Assembly: GCF_009914755.1 (NCBI RefSeq)
Contig: NC_060925.1
Strand: one strand, 5' to 3'
DNA length: 64,000 nucleotides
From: the human T2T-CHM13v2.0 reference genome, Homo sapiens
The translations under genes and the position numbers were made by a program. Position 1 is the first letter of the stretch; each line of letters starts with the position of its first letter. Shown here one piece after another: positions 55,191 to 64,000 of this stretch. The notes beneath the pieces are model-generated. The model was not told the origin of the DNA, searched no databases, and saw nothing but the letters and a program-made list of their open reading frames with translations.

Positions 55191-56884
55191 TCATTTCCTT
55201 TTAATCAAGTTTATTGTAAGCTCTAGAGATAGTATCATCCATGGTACATTTCCCAGCATAGACCAGCACCTAGCAGGTGCCTGGCACAACACATCAGGTG
55301 CTTATGGCAGGTAGTCGTGGCTCAATAGATACGCTCAATGAGAGAGCGAGTGAATTTCTTTTGTATCCCAAGTCACTTAGCACAATACCATGCTCATAGT
55401 AGGTACATAAAAGATATTTTCCATTAAATTCAGTCTTTTTCCTCTCTGTATCTCTGACCAAAGTCACTTGGTGTTCAGATTCAAAAATATCTAAAGACTG
55501 ATATTTAGCAGGAAACTTTTAAAATAACTAATTATCAAAAGTAAAAAGGCTTAGAAGTCAAAAATTATCCAGATCAATTTCTATATTAAGAACTTTACTA
55601 TGATGTGGATGATTAGATAATTAAAATGATTAAAAAATGACTGCTTTGAATATGGAAACTTCTACTAAGAAAGGAGGAAGAGTAGAAACCTGCATCTTTT
55701 AAATGTTATTCGAGGAAATCATGCCCCAAATGATAAAATTATAGCCTCAGTGCCGAATTAGAAATAAAATAAAAATTCAGGAAAGGGGAAAAACAAAAAC
55801 CGCTGGTATGATAAGCTCCTCAAAACTCCTAGAAATAAGAATGAGACTGGCTGATGTCAGCATTGTTGGTTCTCCCAGAAGCCTCCTCTGTCAGCTTGAT
55901 GACACTGTCTCCGTGATATGAGATGTAGTTCACTTTGGTTCTTTAAGGATACCTTCATGTGTAAAGAATATAAATTCTTGTCAACCATGAGGCCTGTATA
56001 AATGCTCAATAGTAAAGATAGCTTTTGCTTTGGGGAAACTCAGGCTAGAACCGAACACAAAGACAGCGAACGTATCACAGCTGCTAAACATTTCATTCAT
56101 CGCGCCCAAGTCATGACAATGAACTGGTGAAAATGAATTCGCTTTTGTATCCTGGGTGTGAAACAGAAAGCAAATATGAAATGTAAAAATGAGAGATATG
56201 TGGGTTTAAGGTTTTTGTAATGGTCTGAAAAAAATCAGAGAGCCTTATTGCAGGTTTCTGTTGCACAGTTTTACTGTGAAGACTCAGGATGGTGTGCATG
56301 GTACAAGATGCACACGGCCAGCTGAGGAACCCACTCCCGTGCCGAGCGTCTGCACCCAGCCCAGGGCTGCTCTTGCTGCTTCCTGTCTTCTCCTCTGCAC
56401 ACAGCCACTCCTGTGAAGTGTCACCGTGGTTTTGGAAAGTTGGGGATCGAGATGATGTTAGGATGTATCTCTCAGGAATTCCAAGACGGAGCTTTGTACA
56501 TCACACATATTGGATAAAATTTTTATAAAATGAACCCATGGGAATAAGAACATGAATGGAGAGAAAGTGATCCTAGTCCCTAAGGAGGATGGGACTCAAG
56601 GGCAAGTCTGCAGGCACCTGCTGAGCAGGGAATGTAGAGTGAGCCTGTAATAGTCAGGGTTGGAAATGAGGAAACCAACCTGATGATAGGCCTGCCCCCA
56701 GCTAAGGAGCAGTCATCCTAATGTCAAAGCCCTGGGGATGTGACACCCAGGGCAGGACAGCGACGGCATCAGTTTCAAAGGGTCTTGGAAGTTTAAGTGT
56801 TGAGGCCACAGTCTCTGTGACACTGACCATATATGATGGATGAGTTCCTTTTGGTTCCAGGAAAGTTCATTTCACAGGAGACAG

Positions 56885-56889
<5 letters not shown>

Positions 56890-56916
<27 letters not shown>
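56890..56916. repeat. (GA)n microsatellite
   Basis: Directly visible. Confidence 0.9.
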
Positions 56917-56919
<3 letters not shown>

Positions 56920-57789
56920 AGGATCCAGCCCACCGGAGAAGAGCAGCAGGAGCCAGGCTCGGTGCTTAGACCCCTGTCAAATCAGCAGAGAGCAAGGAAG
57001 TCTAGGCTTAGATGAGATTTCGATGTAAACCAGGAACCAGGCAGGAAACTCAACCATCTGGACGGAGATCACAGATTTACAGAGGGGCCTGCAGCTCCCT
57101 GGACAATGGATAGCAGCCTTAGGCATCAAACCCAAACCAGACACCCGCTCTCAGAGCTAAGGGCCTAGTGGACACCTGGCTTCATTCTTAGCAGCTCAGG
57201 GACCAGGCAGGACCAAGCCTGCAGCAGGGCAGGGGTGGGGCAGGCAGAGATCGAAGGAAGCTTCAGCATGTACAGGCCTCTATGTTATTTCTCACTCTCC
57301 CAGTGACTCAATTTTTCACAGATATTTTACATCCTAATGTGGTAGAAGGGCACCTTGTAGTGACTTTACACCTGTGGATCTTGGGGCATCACTGTTTGTT
57401 TCTTGGCAAGTGACTGAGGCCTGTCTAGCTCTGTACAGGGCCGACTAATTAGAGCTGGCTACTCAACAGAGAGCAGAGAATATCCACAATGATTAGCAGA
57501 TCTGTTCAGGAATTTTGAGTTGCTTTTTGTGTGTTTTAAAATTTCATTTATTTTTTATATTTACCGTGTTAACTAATGTGCCTGTGTTTGTGTGTGCACA
57601 GAGTTTAGAATGACAAGGTAACAACATGAAGGCAGAGCGGCTTTGTGGTTGGAATGAAATGTTGTTCAAATACCCCATGCCTCCTCCTGACCCTAGGTTC
57701 ATTTTTTTCTGTTAGGGCGTCATGTCTCCAAGAGGCTTTCTTTAATAAAAATACTTTTGAATAATTTAATAAAATAGCCCCTATTCTTT

Positions 57790-57960
57790 GCACACCTACT
57801 ATATGTCAGGCATTTTTTTTGAATACATGGATATCATAACTCTATTTGACAGATGAGAACACTGAGACTCAGAGGGTAAGTAAGTTCACAAGGACTGTAA
57901 AGCTGGTGAGTGAATAGCTAAGCTAGAATTAAAAGCAGGTGTATTTGAGTCTTCTAGAAA
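57790..57960 (-). mobile_element. MIR
   Basis: tttgacagatgagaacactgagactcagagggtaagtaagttcacaagg. Confidence 0.75.
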
Positions 57961-60161
57961 GATAACTCCCCAGATTAAGCAGTTGTCTGTTTTTACTGTC
58001 TACCTCTGGCTTGGACTGGGACAAACTTATGTATGTTAGAACAATGAGTAAGTGTGTATCAGTGGGAGGCAGGGCAGATGGACAGTAGCAGAGACAGCTG
58101 CCTGGGACATGGAAAGGCCGTGCACCCCATTCTTTAAAGCAACAGCATTGGGCTCACTCTTACCTGCATTAGAGTTCGGATTTCTTCATTTCACCTTTTG
58201 TTTTGTTACCTTGCTGAGTTGACTTATTTTTCTCTGATTCTAGGTCAACCAGAAGGATTTGTTACAGATAGTTTTTGGGTTAACAAGGGCTAATGATGGA
58301 AAAATCACATTCTGGAGTAAAAGCCTAGGGGAAAGATTCTGGAATCCAAGGCTACCAGAACAGGCCATGAAAAGAATGAAGTAACATGAGCCCAAGTAGA
58401 CAGATCTGGAGGAAGGGTCCTGGGCTCAGCAACATCAGGACAGCCAAGCAGGAAGCAAAGGCCCAAGGAGGTACCAGGGATCTGACATCTGCATCCATCA
58501 GTGGATGGAATTAACAGACCGGAGTGAAAGCCGGAGACCTGGTGGTGATGAATCCCACCCTTAGAGGACTGAGGGCGGCCTGGCTACCATCCCGATGGGT
58601 CAGTGCCCAGGACTGAGCAGTCGGTGCTCGTGTCAGCAAGTTGATGCCTATGTCCAGCTGATCAGGGGATATGCTGAATATGGTCCCTGACTAGTATGGC
58701 TGCAAATTCAAGCTGGGAGACATGTGATCATTAGAAGACCTATTTCCAAACCCAGAAAAAATAGGATCCCAGGAAATCAGCTGGATAAGAAGTTTTAAAA
58801 GGGGAGAAGGACTTAAAAAATCATGGTTAATGTAACAGATCTCATCTACCTGAGATCAAAGTCCATTCACCATCATTAAATGCCTCCTACTTAATGTGGG
58901 CTGATGGGGGTTAGAGAGTGAGCACTGATAGACAGAAAGTGGAGAACTCTAGAGATGTTGTTTTCTGTGTCCCCAAGCCTTGTACACTGCTTGGCTCTTA
59001 GTAAGCACCCAATATATACCTGTTGATTACAGAAGTACAGCTCAGATTCCCAGTGAGTTTTCAGCCATTGTGATTTTTCTAAGTAATGTTGCTATAAGCA
59101 CCTAATGAAACATTGCATTATTAGTGAACTTACAATCTGTAAAACAAATTAGTAAATTAATATCATAAACTTACTATTTAACTCATTCCTTTGTTTAATG
59201 ACACAATCTTGATTTTTATTCTGATAATCTCTGATTGAATAAACAATGAGTTGCCAGGTGCCAGAATGACATGAGAAATCTTTATTACAACTCCTGATCC
59301 ATGATTGAATTTGAACCTGTGAATTGCTGAAGTCTTGAACACTTAAAGGAAATAATGTAATGCAGTTAGTTGATGTCTAGGTCTTCTCTGACCTTCTATC
59401 CCTACCTCATCCTAGAGCACCAGGAACCTTCCCTAGCACAGCACTAAGGTCCCAGCAGGACAACTGCTCTGTCACTGACCAGCTCTGCTCCTGACTGTCT
59501 GGCTCCATGGGGCCAGAGATTTATCTGGTTCACCTTTGTATTTCTAGTGTCCACTCTGCTGATTGCATTGTCATCGTAGGTACTCAATAATTTTTTATTA
59601 AATGAATAAATATGGTGAGTCAAAATTCACAATCTGATTATTGGTCTTTATATATCTAAACTTTCCTTCCCTTCTTCCTTCCTTCCTTCCTTTTTGTTTC
59701 CATTGAAAGTCTGAGACTGAAACCACATCGCTGAGTGGAGGAACCTAACTTGCTTCATGCCAAGAGTCACTCATCACAAAGCAGGGGAAAGCCTTCCTTT
59801 GATTGAGATTGGCCACCAGACATAAAAAAGAGTATCAGAGAGGATTTTTAAAACATGTCTCATGTGAAACCATCACCTACATCCTACACTGAGGCTTACC
59901 AAGCTTCTTCAGGAGACAAAACAGCATCTCCCTGGAGGAAAGTAAATCTCCGTTTTTTTGTTTCTCTGGTTTTCTAAAGTGGGCAAATGTTGGTTTTTAC
60001 AAGAAAATATCCTTGGTCCTCGACTTCTGTGGCATCCCATGAGCATCAGAACACAAACTGCCCAACACACACAAAAATTGCATGCTCTATTCAGATCAAT
60101 AAAGCAAGATGGAAAATTAACTAAATGCAGGGCTTTCTAGGGCCATTAAAATAATTCATCA

Positions 60162-60465
<304 letters not shown>

Positions 60466-60859
60466 AATAATTCATCATAATATGCTGAGTTAAACAAGAG
60501 GCAAACCTGAATAAACAAAGTTTCTATGTACACCCAGGTCATAGGATAGAATTCATGTTGAATATTCCAGCATTTCTTAACAGGCAATTAGGAATTTGTT
60601 CTAATTGTTTTACTGTGCTCTCTGTGGACATATTGTCTATATGATTAGCGTGTGAGACGCCAAAAAGCAGCAACTCCTACTCATCTTTTCATTGTTTTAC
60701 TTAGAAAATTGGTTAAATTAGGGAATAGTTAAATAACGTTGCCAGGATTCCATTTGTAGCCAGTTCTAGTCTCTTTTATCAGTAGTTTGCTTTGCCTTTC
60801 AGTTAGTTGTTCATGGAAAAAATATATAAATTACTTATTCTACAAGTAAACATCAACAC

Positions 60860-61215
60860 ATACAATGGGATACCACTCATCCTTTAAAAGAAATGAGATC
60901 TACTATATGGATGAACTTTGACAACATTATGCTAAATGTAATCAGCCAGGCAGAAATGTACAAATATTGTACGATTCCACATGTATGAGGAACCTAGAAT
61001 AGGCACCGTCAGAAACAGAGAGTTGATAGAGATTCCTATGGGATGAGAGTTAGGAGGATTGCGGAGTTATTGTTTAATGGACACAAAGTTTTGGTTTGGT
61101 ACAATAACAAATTTCTGGAAATGAATAATGTGAATAGACTTACTATCACTGAGTTGTATACTTCAAATAGTTAATATGGTAAATTTAATGTTATTATCTT
61201 TTATCACAATTTTTA
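60860..61215 (+). mobile_element. L1MB 3' end
   Basis: tggatgaactttgacaacattatgctaaatg...gattccacatgtatgaggaacctagaataggca...ttttatcacaattt. Confidence 0.8.
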
Positions 61216-61779
61216 AATGGCCCAAATAAGTACAAATCAACATAACATTATTTATTTGCTCACTAGATAGGAAATCATATTATTAAATTTCTTTATAAAA
61301 AGCTCAAATGTGAAATCTTTTTGTCCAAAAAATGTATGTCCAAAAAATAGATCAAAGTAGCTCTGGAAACCCTTCAGACATTAAGAATAAGATAGCTGGG
61401 AAAGAAATAGTGAAGGCCAGCTCTGATTGCCAGACAGAACTGTGGGCAGCCTGAGGAGACCTATCACTGACATGTCCTCAATAACTCCACCACAGGATAG
61501 ATATTCAGCAACCATTTGGCTTTGCTTTCAATTAAAAAGATTACCTTTTCATTTAACTTAAAAAGTTGAAATTCCATGGGATCACTTGCTGATTGCCATG
61601 ACTTAAAAAATAGACATATTTAAGTTTTAACTTGGCTTTTAATTTTATAGGAAGAGTGTGAAAGTGTAAAGGAGGAGAGAAAGTGTCACCTTTTCTTTTC
61701 GCGCGAGAAAGCGTGACTTCAAGATTGGCAAAGGCATAAAATATGGAATCCTTATGGGATGCATCTGGGTGGGCTGATG

Positions 61780-62545
61780 CTGGCAATTCTACCCCTAGAA
61801 ATACCCAAAAGAAATAAAAGCTAACGTATATGTCAAAACTTTTACATAGATGTTCAAAGAGGTATTATTCATGATAGCCAAAAACCCCAGAATCAATCCA
61901 AATATCTACCTACCGATGAACAAATAAACAAACGTAGTATATCTATAAATGAAATATTATTCAGCATTTAAAAAGTAATGAGGTACTGACACATGCTATA
62001 CCATTGATGAGATATATACATAATGTTATTCAGTCTTATTAAAAAAAGGAAATCCAGCTATTTGTGGCAGCGTGGATGAACATAAAAGACATTATGCTAA
62101 ATTAAATAAGACCAGAAAGACAAATACTGCATACTCTCACTGATACATGGAATCCAAAGACGTTGAACTCAAAGAAACAGAGAGTAGAAGGGAGGTTGCG
62201 AGGGGCTGAGGAATGGGAAATTGGGGGATTTAGCCAAAGGGTAAAAACTTTCAAGTGTAAGATGAATAAGTTTTGGGGATCAAATACACAGTACAGTAAC
62301 TATACTTAATAATACTAATACTGTATAGTTATGGTAACTATGCTTAATAGTACTTCACATTTGCTGAGAGAGTAATAATGTTAAATGTTAACACACACAC
62401 ACGCACGCACACACACACACACACACCAAGTAACTATATAAGGCGATGGATATGTTAATCAGCTTAATTATGATAATCATTTCACTATATATATATCAAA
62501 GCATCAGACTTCACATATTAAATATATACAATTTTTATTTGTCAA
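61780..62545 (+). mobile_element. L1MA/MB 3' fragments with (CA)n at about 62391-62427
   Basis: caattctacccctagaaatacccaaaagaaat; gtaagatgaataagtt; gatggatatgttaatcagctt; aatatatacaatttttatttgtcaa. Confidence 0.8.
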
Positions 62546-64000
62546 AAAATTGTGAAAGATCCATATTAACTCCATGATTTTTTCAGTTACTGCAGCAAAA
62601 GTAGATAAGAGCAGTTTTAGAATTCTGCAATTCTGCATTTCATGATATATTGACATAATTTATTTCTGTTCCTTTTCCAGAAGATCAGGTCTTTCTGTGC
62701 ATTGTAAATCACCAGGCATGCTCACTTCTCTGAAAAACATATATTTAGGCCATCTTATCATTAAATAAATTGTTTAATGAATAAAACACCACTGATTTAT
62801 AGCCACACCAAGCTTTATGCATTCACATAGTTATTGTTTTATAAGTAAAATCCTGTTGTTAAACTTTAGTTCCACAAAATCTAATATTCTGAAAGACCTA
62901 CCTTCTAACAGCAACATGAACCTCTCCAACGTGTATAAATCTCATACCTGGAGCTGACCAAGAGGAAAGAGAGCCTCAGAGACCATCAGAGCCATTCCTG
63001 CAGTGGTTGAAGGTCTTCTGAAGTCTCTGCTGGTGTGTGTGGGGGGCAGCAGAGCTGGCTTCCTGCCCCCAATTAACTGGCAAATAATATTACAATCTGG
63101 GCTGCTCTGAGCCCAAATCAGATGGTTTTAGAGTGCTGCTTCTCAGAGAGGATATAGAAAGGTAGTCAGAATTGTCAGCATAATCTTCCCTGCTCAGTGT
63201 CAGAAAAGGAGGCTTGTTTATTTCAAGTTACTCTGCTCAAGGAATGTTATTTTAACATGATTTACCAGAAACAAAGGTGAACCTACAACCAGTAGTAAGA
63301 AAATCTCAAGACAGTATCAAATTGCTCAATATGGTTCAGTTCTGTTTAGATTTTTTGAGCTCCTACTATTTTAAAAGCACGGGCCTGGAATCTGGAGATA
63401 GTAAGTGGAGTAAGACCCTGTCCACTCTCTCAAGGCAGAGATTGGTGACACTGGGCAAGACACACCATTTCTCTGGGTTCTGGCTGCCTCATTTATGAAA
63501 AGCAACAATGTGAGTGGTTAATTTCTAAAGTTCCATTTGTGTTAAAAGGAATTTTTACAAAAAAGCAAAAAACTTTCTTATTCTAGAAATCCTTAGATAG
63601 CAGAGTAAATTTTACCTTAAGATCCATGTTTTTAAATGACAGTGTCATGAGCATAAAAGAAGGGAATATATCTGGCCGCAGTATTTAAATTACTCTTTGT
63701 TACCGGTATCAGAATATTGCAGTCTCTATTTTATGTCATCAAGTTTTCTTATTCCAAGAAGCAAGACAAATAAACCCACAATTTTCTACTAATTTTTCAG
63801 AAGTTGGGAATTATTTTCTAGTAAGAAAGCATGAAACCACTTTTCTTACTTACACATTTGTAGACATCTGAACTCCCATGCCAAGAGGGGATGCCAGAAG
63901 AGGTGAGGTGAGGGGGTAGCTTTGGCTAGTGAGGACTCCCAGGGTCAGCATGCTGGGGGCGTCTTCCAACTGGAGTTGGGATAATGCTGCAATCCAAGTC

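Noticed and set aside
56480-58810. Purine-rich stretches that may be very old LTRs
   Set aside because: Too diverged to assign a family or boundaries by eye.
61696-61706. Isolated E2F-like TTTTCGCGCG
   Set aside because: A single motif without promoter context, between L1 fragments.

Overview
This window is primate genomic DNA, almost certainly human 1q43. It holds the last exon of CHRM3 (muscarinic acetylcholine receptor M3): the acceptor is at 585-586, the intronless CDS is 606-2378, and a long 3'UTR most likely ends after AATAAA at 8586-8591. About 55 kb of repeat-rich intergenic DNA follows. It contains Alu, L1, L2, MIR, MER6, a Charlie/hAT remnant, MLT and THE1 elements, a MER4-group ERV1 provirus with a nested LTR12 and Alus, and an ERVL gag remnant. 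CHRM3 is the only intact protein-coding gene I can support; nearly all other listed ORFs are repeat-derived or spurious. I see no convincing new multi-gene system. The most unexpected non-repeat signal is a GC-rich island at about 45.6-49 kb. It carries a minus-strand, intron-containing RALGDS-like two-exon fragment and a CpG/NRF1 promoter-like patch, and a 150-bp piece of it recurs inverted at about 63 kb. Other leads are an out-of-frame uORF overlapping the CHRM3 start codon, an old duplication straddling the distal poly(A) site, and an LTR12 promoter pointing antisense into the CHRM3 3' end. Repeat subfamily names come from recalled consensus sequences and need RepeatMasker/Dfam confirmation.
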